From Didymodactylos carnosus (lineage: Eukaryota), in NCBI GenBank assembly GCA_905250885.1, contig CAJNOQ010002230.1, positions 1 through 25,524 of the forward strand: 25,524 bases of DNA, read 5' to 3'. A program made the position numbers and the translations under genes. Each line of letters begins with the position of its first letter. Position 1 is the first letter of the stretch. A model generated the notes under the pieces. It searched no databases, was not told the DNA's origin, and saw nothing but the letters and a program-made list of their open reading frames with translations. Below are positions 1-10,600 of this stretch, piece by piece.

Positions 1-272
1 AATGAAAATTGTTTTTCTCTTTGCTGTGAGTCACGGTTGATTTCATCTGTGCGATTCTTCAATTTTTCTAGGCGACATAGTGAAAGTTCTCAAACGAAGT
101 CTAGATCTCGTCCTTATGCGTTGTTCCAGAAGAAAATCGGATATATTTCGAGAATGTCTACTACAGTAGACGACACAAACAACAATAGTCATTAAAAAAG
201 AAAAATGAAAATAAAGATATAAAGAAAAGATTGAAGGATAGACTGTATGTATCTGTATACTCAGATATAGTC
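1..272. repeat. Left arm of a long inverted repeat; the window starts inside it
   Basis: Reverse complement of 1-119 matches 1595-1713 exactly. 195-272 matches the reverse complement of 1521-1590 with a few mismatches. Left-arm positions 120-194 have no partner, so there is a ~74 bp indel between the arms. Confidence 0.75.
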
Positions 273-864
273 ATATAAGAGAAAAATGAGTACAGCACAT
301 CCAATCAATAGATATAGAGAAATCGAAAGTAGGGTTATCAAACTACAAAGAGCTATCACCATCGGTCAACAATGACGACAAAAAACATATTATTATACTC
401 CATGAATAATATAATCTAACAATTTTCTTCTCAGATTTCATTTGACTTTTTAAAACAAATCAACCTTATTTGAGATAGATCCACGCGGTATAGATAAAGA
501 TATACTTCTTACTACCTTAGCATCTACGAGAATAGACTAACATTACTGTGATTTTCCATGCAAACTTGGAAGAAGAGCATGAAGTTCTAATCAAGATGAC
601 ATCCATTAAAAAATTTCAAAACAATGTCGCGGTACTGGGATCAGGCCGACATCTTCAGTTTGATTGGTAATATTTCCGATATCGGCCGATTCTTCATAAC
701 AAAATGTATTTCCCAGTCGAAACTCAAGAAGTTCTATTTGACAGCGCTATCAAAGCAGCATGCGAAAGAAAAATTCAAAATGCATGTCTGAGAAGAACCG
801 GGTTTTGTAAAAAAAAAATGTGAAATCCAGGTTGTCTGTGATATATTTCTACATTGGTAAAAGT

Positions 865-1080
865 AAAAAAGGTACTTATCAAGTAATTTAACAAGTATCA
901 GCACTAGATAAGTACTTCATCAAGTATTTGACAGGGATTAAGTACTTGCGAAATAGATGCAAGTATTCGAAGTTCTTCCCAGTACTTGGCACGTATTAAA
1001 TCTAAAAATGCTTGCAAGTGCTTAACCAAGTACTTTAGAAAATTTGCAAGTAGCTAAGTACTTGATTTCAAGTACATTCA
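865..1080. repeat. Degenerate periodic array of the palindromic motif (c)aAGTACTt / caagta, ~10 copies at 15-30 bp spacing
   Basis: Visible copies include ggtacttatcaagta, agtacttcatcaagta, agtacttgcg, caagtattcg, agtacttgg, agtactttag, gctaagtacttg and caagtacat. Confidence 0.6.
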
Positions 1081-1520
1081 CCAGGGCGTATATATATATT
1101 TTCAAAAATTGTTGTTCATTTTTAACATACATGTATTCACTGATATTTGACAAAGTATATTGTCTTCATTCGAAACGTTTTTCAGAAGAATCTTTTTCAA
1201 AGTTTTAATAAATTTTATTACTCAAGAATGATTCATCTGGCAGTTATTTAATGCAACCGTCTGTATTGAGGACAAATCTAATGATTGTTTCAAAATCTTG
1301 GTTTTGTCCTAATATTGAAAAATTTGCTTAATTTACGGCACATTCAGTATTTAATTGTTCACACTCATTAACTTAGTTAAAACGTTTAGGCTGTAAACTG
1401 ACGGTAGGCTGTGCTGTATCACTTGATGTATTAGACACAAATTTCTGCAGCCTCCGTTAAACATTTTAATCTTTTTATTTTTAAAAATAATTTGATGAAA
1501 CTCATTTTTCTTTTAAATGA

Positions 1521-1713
1521 TTATATCTGAGTATACAGATACACACAGTCTATCCTTCGATCTTTTCTTTATATCTTTATTTTCATTATTATTTGCATAA
1601 GGACGAGATCTAGACTTCGTTTGAGAACTTTCACTATGTCGCCTAGAAAAATTGAAGAATCGCACAGATGAAATCAACCGTGACTCACAGCAAAGAGAAA
1701 AACAATTTTCATT
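1521..1713. repeat. Right arm of the inverted repeat pairing with 1-272
   Basis: Direct reverse-complement comparison with 1-272. The pairing may continue beyond the window start. Confidence 0.75.
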
Positions 1714-2054
1714 TGGATGTGTCTCTCTCGGTAAATGATGGTCATCGGTTTACTTTTGTGACCTGTTTGTATCAATCACCTTGGTATTTTTCTTCCTCTT
1801 CTCATCGTACATTTTCTCAGCTCAGTGAAAGAAACAGTTCTAAATTATCATCTTAGTTTTCCACATCAAGCACGCGTATTCATCTATTCAACTACTGTCG
1901 AAAAAAGAAAAATCAGTAACAAACATTTTAATAGATCTTGAGTAAGTCAAATATAGTAACGAGCAAAACGTTCTGCCGCTTCTTCTCTCTGATGCATTTT
2001 GAGTGACTTTTTAATATAAGCTGTAAACAGCCGGAAAAGACTAGATTTCGTAAC

Positions 2055-2290
2055 ACTTCATGCATTTCTAAAGGTCCCAGACCAAAGAATACAGAAGTCC
2101 GAGGGCTTCGGGAAAAACGTCCCAAGCTACCGTACCAAGCAAAATCAAACTTTTGCTTGGATCCGATTTTGTAGAGGATCCTGTGAAGTATCTATCTATG
2201 AAAGAAAACGGGTAGATTATTATGAGGGTTTCCAGAACTTCTATGTGGTTTCCAAAGATCCTCTGAAAAATCGGCCTCTAAAAGCTTTTA
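2055..2290 (+). repeat. Dispersed repeat family, copy A (~65-70% similar to 12225-12450, same orientation)
   Basis: Shared blocks include gcttggatcYgRttttgtagagga...tatgaaa...cttctatgt...tttccagaR...atc. Upstream parts are also similar (tcccaRRccaa...gcttgg). Confidence 0.45.
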
Positions 2291-2857
2291 AAAACCAACT
2301 TTTGCTTATAAAAAGTTAGCTACAACTCTCTACTTGCGATTGCTGAAAGCAGCAGGTCTCCAGCACTCAGGTCAAGGAGCAATGGTCTTTGAATGGTTTC
2401 AGTTCTTGGACGAAGCTGTGTAAGTTCAATATCTCCGGAAATTCGAATTGCCCGATACTCAAACTTTCAGCAGAATACGAGTAATATCACTAGTAGTTGC
2501 AGTAAAATTTTCAAGTGCAACGGAATTATGGTTACTGAGAAATCGAACTTTTTCTCTCAATGTTGCGTTTTTTTAAAAACACTTGAAAAATTCATAATTC
2601 AACTCGAAAGGCTCAGACAACCGAACCAACTTAGAGTTATTCTAGCCTAGAGATTCCCAACTTATGAGCAAAATATCAGCTCAAAAGCGATTAAACACCT
2701 CGAGAGGTTCCGTCGTTAGCTTGAAAATTATTTCAAGATTATGCAAATTCGTGTTTCTTATGCTAGGTCAAACTCATTCATCTCATCCATTCGTTGAAGT
2801 CAATTTGTTGACTTCTGCATAATAGAGTGGCATGTCTCCTACAAAATAAGATCACTC

Positions 2858-3058
2858 CTAGCTAGTGGTCTGCGAGACGGTCCCGATCCCGCGAAGCTTT
2901 TTACGGAACCCGGACGCAGAAAAATCTTTTTTACGGGTTCCGGCCTGGGACCAAGAGGTCCACGAGACGGTCCTAGTTCTGCGGAATGAACCCGGTCCCG
3001 CGCGTTTTAATGCGACCGAGATCAGTTTTTTTTGAAAATAGTATTGTATACAGCACAA
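2858..3058. repeat. GC-rich island with internal short direct and inverted repeats; fragments resemble tRNA A-box and B-box motifs
   Basis: cgagacggtcc occurs twice (2875-2885, 2965-2975). ggaaccc/gggttcc form a short inverted pair (2904-2910, 2934-2940). tagctagtgg resembles the A-box TAGCTCAGTGG and ggtcccgatccc resembles the B-box GGTTCGATCCC, but they are only ~17 bp apart, so this is not a functional tRNA. Confidence 0.35.
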
Positions 3059-4118
3059 AAACTTCTTAGTTTCTGTGCTTGTTTGTATTAGGAACTAGTT
3101 TTACGTGAAAGAACTCACACAAAATTCTAAAAGTCTTAAATAAATATCACCCACGCATGCTGTTCCACGCGTCATATTACAACGCGCTGACTTTCAAACT
3201 ATCAGCGCTACTTTGAAAAAGTATTTACGGAACCACAGGATCGAGACCAAAAAGGAGTTCTTTCTACGAGACTGGGACGAGATCGAGACCAAAAACGTCT
3301 GGTCAGGCAGACCTCTACTCCTAGCTCTCGAAGCTCTTTCGCTAGAAGATAAGAATTTTTTTATGTTTATCAAATTATTCTTCAAAAGCTCTATTTTTTA
3401 AAAAAATATGAAAATGTTTTTTCCTTCTCCCTGGAAGCCCAAAGCCAGGAGAAGGTACCATTAACCTCGGTATTTCATAAAAAAACTTGAGTATAACGTG
3501 ACAGGAAGGAGGGTGCAGGAGGATCCAGAACCCTCCACTCTTTGAAATACTATGGTTTTTCGCTGCGAGAAATCTTGAAGTTTTTTTGAAAAAGTTTCAC
3601 CTTCTCTGCAGTAAACATTTTTTTGACATTCATGATATTTCTGTTGACTCCTTACAGATGAGTCCTCGCTTTTTCAACCCGTTCTTAGAGTTGCGGTTAT
3701 CTTGAAAGCAACCTTAAATTAAGTGTTGACTTATACAGAGTTTTCCCAAGATAGTGCCATAAAGTGACGACACAGAAACAAAACATTTTTCGAAAATGGA
3801 TACATCGAACTATTTGATTTGTGTTCTCATGCACCTTGAGTGATCAGATACTACTTTCCATTCGAAAAAAAACATTTGTGAAAAAATTTTTGTTCCTCGA
3901 GAAAACGGATGAGAGAGATCTACAAACACACAGTTTTGTGAGCAAAAACAAGTTCATAAAAAATTCAGTTATACTTCATTCGATGCAGTTATTTACGTTG
4001 GTCTCGAATATGTTGTTGGTTATTGTTGAAAATGCTGGTTTGATAGCAAAATCTCGAAATCACTGAGGATTTTTAGCGATCAGCTCGACGAGCTCTACAA
4101 AACTGTTGGTTCTAAACA

Positions 4119-4270
4119 GAGCTGGACAACTCAACTCCAGAGTTGAGCTCTTTTTTTGCGGAGTTGGAGTTGAGCTGGAGTTTGCTTTTTAAACGACCGG
4201 AGTTGAGTTGATGACAGATTTTGTCAACTCCAACTCCAAAACTCAGATTAAAAATTTCTTCAACTCCGAC
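4119..4270. repeat. Cluster of two adjacent hairpins built from caactcc/ggagttg units (MITE-like)
   Basis: caactcaactcc (4126-4137) pairs with ggagttggagttg (4161-4173). ggagttgagttgatgaca (4199-4216) pairs with tgtcaactccaactcc (4223-4240). A third half-site ttcaactccgac lies at 4258-4269. Confidence 0.5.
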
Positions 4271-5278
4271 TACATCAGTTACTATGAAGGTTGTTTTTCC
4301 AAAATCAAGTTTTTGGTTTTGATCACGTCGTAGTAGTATGACGAAGAACATGCTTTTAAAATTAACGTTGTTGAAATGTAGTTTTGTTTTATATGTTCTT
4401 TCCATTGGTCAGATACTGTTGATGTATCTGTTCGTTTTCCTTTCTTTACAATTGAGAAAAGAAGAGAATAGAATAGAAATGTACAATAGAATTAAAACTT
4501 GTTTATGCGTTACCTGATGAAACTTGATTTAGAAGGAAAAACTGCTTGTTTTTCATTGGTATAGTAGACGGAAACGATATGTGATTAAATGCAAGTAACG
4601 GTTGCAGTTAGATAAATATATGTTGAATATAGTGTTTCACAAAAATGTCTAAGCCAAAAACTAAGTTAGATGTGTAACTGAAGTCTTAAATTCTAAAACG
4701 CGCATAAGGTCCCTCTTGACCTACCTCTTATAAACCACCTTTAGAAACAAAACAGTTCTTTGTTGGCGAAGATATCTTTTACAAGAGGTTTTCATTGTAA
4801 TATCATTATTCGAACAGCAGTTCTATTTTTTGAGACGTTGAATGTTTTATTGAACTCGTAGTAGGAACTACCAAGTCCTTTGGATCATTCTGAACAGGTC
4901 CATCCACTTTATACACGACTGGAAGCCGGGAAGGTTTGACTATATGCGTTCCGTAGAGCTACTAGAAGTATGTAAAACCCCATAGTGGTTCTCTGGAAAA
5001 AAGTTATTCCGAACGCGGTTTTTCCTTGGCAAAAAGTTGTGAATTTTAGGGTTTTTCAGATTCTTCTACCCATTCTTTTTTTGAGACGACTAGAGAGCTT
5101 GATGCACCCTATTCCTCGCGACTAGATAGAGCATCGAAAGTTACGTATTTGTTTCCCTGAAATCCAGTTTTTATCTTCAACGTGTAAAATAGTTTTCGTT
5201 TGGAGGATCCATTGTACTTTTTGCAACAGTCACAACGAACCCAAAACAAAATGAAATCCTACAAAATTTGTACCAAAT

Positions 5279-5886
5279 AAAAGCGCCATTGAAGCTTGTC
5301 TGAATGTTACAAAGACAAGCTCGCAAATACTTGCCGTTTAGCTCCAATACCCCGGCATCCGAGACCTACTGTTCATCTTTGTGAGCTGTTCCCACGAAAC
5401 CTACATGTAAACTTTACGAGATATTATTATCTGAGATACTATTCGAGTAGCTCTACGAAAGCCGCCAAGCTTCAAATCCCACCAAACAAATTTTTACGGT
5501 CGGTTTCCCAGAAATCTTTGCAAAAATCTGGACTTTCAGGTAGCTCCTAGGAGAGTAGAAAACACTGAACTATACAGTATTTTTGAGTCTAAACACGAAT
5601 TCGAGATCAAAGCTGGTTCTTTATGAAATATAAGATTAAGATTTTGACGAAGATTTCTGGAAAACCGACTGCAAAGATTGTTTGGTCCGATTTCAAAGTT
5701 GGCGGCTTTCGTAGAGCTACTCGAATAGTATCTCAGATAATAATATCTCGTAAAGTTTACATGTAGATTTCGTGGGGACAGCTGACAAAGATGAAAAGTA
5801 GGTCTCGGATGCCGGGGTACTGGAGCTAAATGATAAGTATTTCGAGCTTGTTCGTGTAACATTCAGACAAGCTTCAGTGGCGCTTT
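5279..5886. repeat. Large near-perfect palindrome: arms 5279-5530 and 5641-5886 (~250 bp each, ~90% identity), spacer ~110 bp
   Basis: Reverse complement of 5641-5886 aligns base-for-base with 5279-5530. The mirrored ORFs 5296..5550(+) and 5536..5862(-) give near-identical peptides, which is an artefact of the palindrome. Confidence 0.9.
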
Positions 5887-7079
5887 CTGTTCATTTTAAA
5901 ATGATACTGTTTCTCTTCTCTTTGGATGAGTTTTTCTCGAATTAAAAAAACGTAATTTTGGCCACTGACGGTTAAATTTTTCATGGACAAGCTGTATAAA
6001 AAATGATGACGAAAAATTAAATTTTTGGTAGAACATATGAAACCATTTGTGTTCTTTTCGATCATCATTGTTAGAAAAAATTCAGATGTAGTGGTGAAAT
6101 TGGTATGTAGATACTCAGAGACCCTTGACAACAGGTAAAATCATCTTTTGCGAGCTATGGGCAGCCATTCTCGGAACCGTTTGAACAGCTAAAATGTATG
6201 GATTTATAAGTGATTTTTTACGCCCTGGACGATGACAAGAGTCATTTCTAATCGGGTTTCAAATCATGTATTACTGGGCGGAGCTGCGTGGAACTACCCC
6301 TTTAACGTGCTTCCTTTTTCTATCAGACATTATAGCGAATGAAAGTTGAAAGAAAAACTTCTGTGGTACAGATCTCGTGCTGAAATGGGTTTTGCGCTAT
6401 GTGCGAAAATTGTGTTTATTCATTCTTCTGAATATGAATAGCGACATGGCCTCTTCGAAAGTATGTCACAAGCTCGGTGAAATATTTTTTTCTTTCTGTT
6501 CTGCGTGCAAGTCTACATAATAACTGTGACCGTATTGTGTGAATCAACTCTCCTTTGTGTGTTTATTTCAACATCGACGCGTAATACATATTCAGATGGG
6601 ATTGCACAATGTTTTTGCAATATGCTTTCAACGCACAATTTTTTACTCATATCTTTTATACTATAGATTATAGAATCCCCATTTCTTCTACTGTGGTTCT
6701 ATTTAAATCTGCTTGTTTATTCTCTTTCTTTCGTCTTTCTTTTTCCCATCAAAAACATAACCCCAGTTTATAAAAGCGTTTGTTCGTTTTGTAACAGCAG
6801 GTAAATACAGATTCAAAAAACAAAACAACCAAGGTGTGTATTCATACACTTCTGTGATTTTGTACAATTGCTTTATCGTAGTTTTTTGTGAGATAGATGA
6901 TTCTAGCAATTTTGAAACATTCGTCTTCTCAGTCATTTCAATGGCAAATTTTGCTTTCAGACTGTAGAAAACACATCCAAAAAATACATTATGTAAATTA
7001 TTAAGAATAGAAAACGTATAGTAGTGACGTAGCGAGATGGAAGATACTAGGATCATGTGTAGAGAAAATCAGAGAAAGC

Positions 7080-7343
7080 TAAATTTCGATGGGTAGCAAA
7101 TGGTGACAAAGGACGTACTGAGACAGCTTCACATCGTAACTGAGGTGCAACCGGCTTAATTGGGCTGTTAACGGATACTTACGTCGTGAAAGCTTCCAAA
7201 CTCGCTTTGGTGCTTACCATCACCTTGTTTCGAAGGTGACTCTGAGAAGTCGCAAGATACCTACACAAGAGTTCAGCTACCGGAAGGTCTTTTCATCTGT
7301 TTTAGACTTTTAGTGTATAATAATCTCTACGTCATCGGAAAAA
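7080..7343 (+). promoter_or_regulatory. Putative promoter / 5' UTR region of the + strand MVP gene
   Basis: A locally GC-balanced segment lies immediately upstream of the first ATG. There is an in-frame stop at 7311-7313. A TATA-like tataataa at 7316-7323 is too close to the ATG to be a convincing TATA box. The transcription start site cannot be placed from sequence. Confidence 0.2.
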
Positions 7344-7670
7344 ATGTCGGATCCGAAAGTAAGTGGTGTCTATCGTATTCCACCGTATTATTACATTCAT
7401 GTATTGGATCAAAATACAAATGTACCACGACTGGAAGTTGGTCCAAAAACATTTGTTAAACAAGACCATGAAAAAGTTCTTGTTGGTCCAGAAAAACATA
7501 TTATCATACCACCACGACATTATTGTGTTATTGAAAATCCAGCAATGAAAGATAAAAAAGGACAAGTAATGGTCGACACACATGGTCAAGTTCGCTTGTT
7601 ACATTCCGATTTAGCTATTAAATTTACACAAGAACCATTTCCCTTGTATCCTGGAGAAGTGCTGAAACAG
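7344..7670 (+). CDS. MVP: MVP-A exon 1 (109 codons, phase 0 end)
   Basis: ATG at 7344. Encodes [17 protein letters not shown]...[10 protein letters not shown]. Donor cag|gtaaga at 7671. Confidence 0.8.
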
Positions 7671-10600
7671 GTAAGATCCTGGTTGAGAAGACTTTATAAA
7701 TACTCATATGTAAGCACATCTCATTTTGTGGAGGGACCCTTCAATTTCTCATATAGCCCTTAGAAGAGAGCAAGCGTGTTACGACGATAATCTGGATGTA
7801 GAACTCGTGTTATCATTCTTTTTTTTTAAAGGCTGTGACACCCTTAAAAGTGATTGAACCAAATTGTGCATTACGTTTACGAGCTGTGTTAGATTTTATT
7901 GATGACACTGAAAAACCAATCAGAGCTGGTGACGAATGGTTATTTGAAGGACCAGGTAAATTAACATGTGGGAGTCTGTGAAATAAGTGATCTTGTATAT
8001 AAAACTGTAGAAAAATTCAGTGTTAGTAGGGGAAAGAGATGGTGTCAAACTAAAAGTTTCACATATGCTCGATAATATAGCTTAAGAATTTTGTTCTCCT
8101 TTCGCCAATAGCGACCATGAGTGATATTCTCTAACTTCAAGCTTTGTTTGCATTCTCAGGTACCTATTACCCTCGAAAAGAAGTTGCCGTTGAAGAACAA
8201 ATAAAAGCTACGATTTTAAAACCTACAGAAGCTGTTCGATTACGTGCAAAAAAAGAGATGATTGATCGTGATGGTGAACCTCGTGAGACTGGAGAAGAAT
8301 GGTTAAATAAAACAGTTGGCGCTTATTTACCATTGGCTACTGAAGAGGTTGTCCGCGTTGTTCAGCCAATTGTATTAACAGATAAAGTAAGGGAGATGAT
8401 TTTTTTTCTTGTATAAAGTATAGAAAACGAGTTTTTCTCGTTATTTAGAAAGCCGTACATCTTCGTGCGCTACGTACATTTAAAGATAATTTTGGTAATA
8501 AACGTCTACATGGTGAAGAATGGCTGGTATATGCTCATGATACTGAGACGTACATACCAGATGTTTATGAAGAAGTTGTTGGAGATGTTATGGTAACCGC
8601 ATTGAATTCACGACAATATTGTGTTATTTTGGATGCAGTAGGTAAAAATGGAAAACCACAATTGGGTAAAAAACAACTTGTTAAAGTATGTTAAGCTGCC
8701 GCTCCTGTGTTAAAACTATCGTTTCTCATGTATGTATTTTTAACATTTTTCAGGGTGAAAAAACATTTTTCTTACAACCGGGTGAAAGATTAGCAAAAGG
8801 TATTCAAGATGTTTATGTATTAGAAGAAGATGAAGGACTTATTTTGAAATGTACCGAAGCATTCAAAGAAGATGGAGTAAGTTTTCTAACAGAAAAGAAG
8901 AGTACTCTACCTTTCGGCTACCGTTATCGGTATAGGATACTGAAAAGTCTCTTAGGAAAAGAATGATTGTTAGTCTGAGGATCATATATCACATGCATCT
9001 TTTATTTTTTAGAAAGTTCTTCGATCGCCCGGTGATCGCTGGATGATTCGAGGTCCAATAGATTACATACCAGCTGTCGAATCGGAAGTTGTTTTACGTC
9101 GTAAAGCTATTCCATTGGACATGAACGAAGGCATCTATGTACGTGATGTAAAAACTGGTAAAATTCGATCAGTAATTGGAAACACATATTTGTTGACGGA
9201 AAATGAAGAATTATGGGAAAAAGACTTACCAGAACAAGTTGAACAATTGTTAAATTTGGATTCGAGATATTTCGAAGACACGCAACCACAACAAGTCAAT
9301 ATACCACCACGAGACAAATCAAAAGTAGTCGCTTATAGAGTACCACATAATGCAGCCGTACAAATTTACGATTATAAAGCAAAAAAAGCACGTATTGTAT
9401 TCGGACCAGAACTAGGTAAGAACACCGATCATTTCTCTTATAATGACAAGTTTACTATTCTCATTGCTGTTTTCAGTTATGCTCGGACCAGATGAACAAT
9501 TTACAGTGTTTAATATATCTGGTGGAAAACCTAAAGTTCCTAATAAAATTCGTGCAATATGCTTACTACTAGGACCAGAATTTTCATCTGATATCGTTAC
9601 CATTGAATCAGCTGATCATGCACGTCTAAACTTAAAACTATCTTACAAGTAAGTCTCATGATTTTTTCTGATATGAATATTTACATTCTTTCTTCTCTTT
9701 GTTTAGTTGGCACTTTGATATTAGAAATAAAGATGCTAAAGAAGTTCTCAGTATATTTTCCGTACCAGATTTTATTGGTATGCCTGTATTTAGATTGTTG
9801 AAAATACCAAGCCACTCATTTTCTTTTCTTTCCTTTAATAGGTGATTTTTGTAAAGCAGTTGCAGCCAAAATTCGTGGTGCTGTAGCAGGTGTCAATTTC
9901 GATGATTTTCATAAAGTATGTAATTACTTTCATTCAAGTAAATAACAGAAATCTAGGATTAAAGGAACAGTTGAAAAATAAGTTTAGTTTGTATCGAGAA
10001 AAACGCTCCCAATAAGATCCATGCCGATGATTCGTTCCCATACAACGCAGATAGCATAACAAGTTTCTCTGAATTTTCAGTTGAGTTTCTTTTTAATTTA
10101 ATAAAATGCTAGTTTATTAGTTTTAACTATTCAATTAATTGTGTAACTTTTTTTCTTAGAATTCAGCACGAATAATTCGTGCTAGTGTGTTTGGTTTAGA
10201 AAAAGGCACAACAAAAATTAATAATCGTTTTGTATTTCCACAAAATAATCTCGTACTAACATCCATTGATATCCAGTCTGTTGAACCAGTTGATCAACGC
10301 ACTCGAGATGCGTTACAAAAGAGTGTACAATTAGCTATTGAAGTATGTACTTATTGATTGGAAATACGACGAAAATAAAACTAATTTATTATTTTTCATT
10401 TTAGATTACCACAAACTCTCAAGAAGCACATGCCAAGTTAGTTAATTAATTTTTCTTCAAATAAAATATTCTAATAATTATGCACTTGTTCCTAAACCAC
10501 TTTCTATTTAGACATATTGCTGAAAAAGCTGAACAAGAAGCTCGTGGTCATTTGGAACGGCAAAAAATTCATGATGAAGCCGAAGGTAAATTGTTAAATG

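Larger units (their letters stand above)
1..1713. mobile_element. Candidate foldback or non-autonomous DNA-transposon-like element (arms >=190 bp, ~1.25 kb non-coding interior)
   Basis: Long terminal inverted arrangement and no ORF inside. A motif array at 865-1080 lies in the interior. No target-site duplication can be assessed because the left end is cut by the window edge. Confidence 0.3.

Noticed and set aside
1668-4405. Short ORFs in the left flank (1668..1856, 1928..2125, 2393..2650, 2858..3058, 3194..3401, 3821..4066, 4112..4405, 5874..6131, 6703..7056)
   Set aside because: There is no domain-like sequence and no splice-compatible continuation. Several overlap repeats or hairpins. Length and composition are what a random AT-rich ORF would give.
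5296-5862. ORFs 5296..5550(+) and 5536..5862(-) with near-identical peptides (..PRHPRPT.HLC.L.PRNLHVNFTRYYYLRYYSSSSTKAA..)
   Set aside because: They are mirror images produced by translating both arms of the palindrome. The translations are low-complexity and have no recognisable domain.
7316-7323. tataataa TATA-like box 21 bp upstream of the MVP-A ATG
   Set aside because: It would leave essentially no 5' UTR. AT-rich genomes throw up many such octamers by chance. The real promoter and any 5' UTR intron cannot be placed from sequence.
7332-7589. Overlapping ORFs 7332..7589(-), 7363..7548(+), 9107..9289(-), 9135..9317(-), 9412..9603(-) and 16157..16357(+)
   Set aside because: They are out-of-frame or antisense read-throughs of MVP exons. 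Their composition is low-complexity and they show no recognisable similarity.
8615-8625. Alternative donor ag|gtaaaa inside MVP-A exon 4 (gcagtag|gtaaaaatgg)
   Set aside because: Reading through gives the conserved [15 protein letters not shown], which matches both MVP-B and vertebrate MVP. Splicing here would delete a conserved segment and break the frame with the chosen acceptor.
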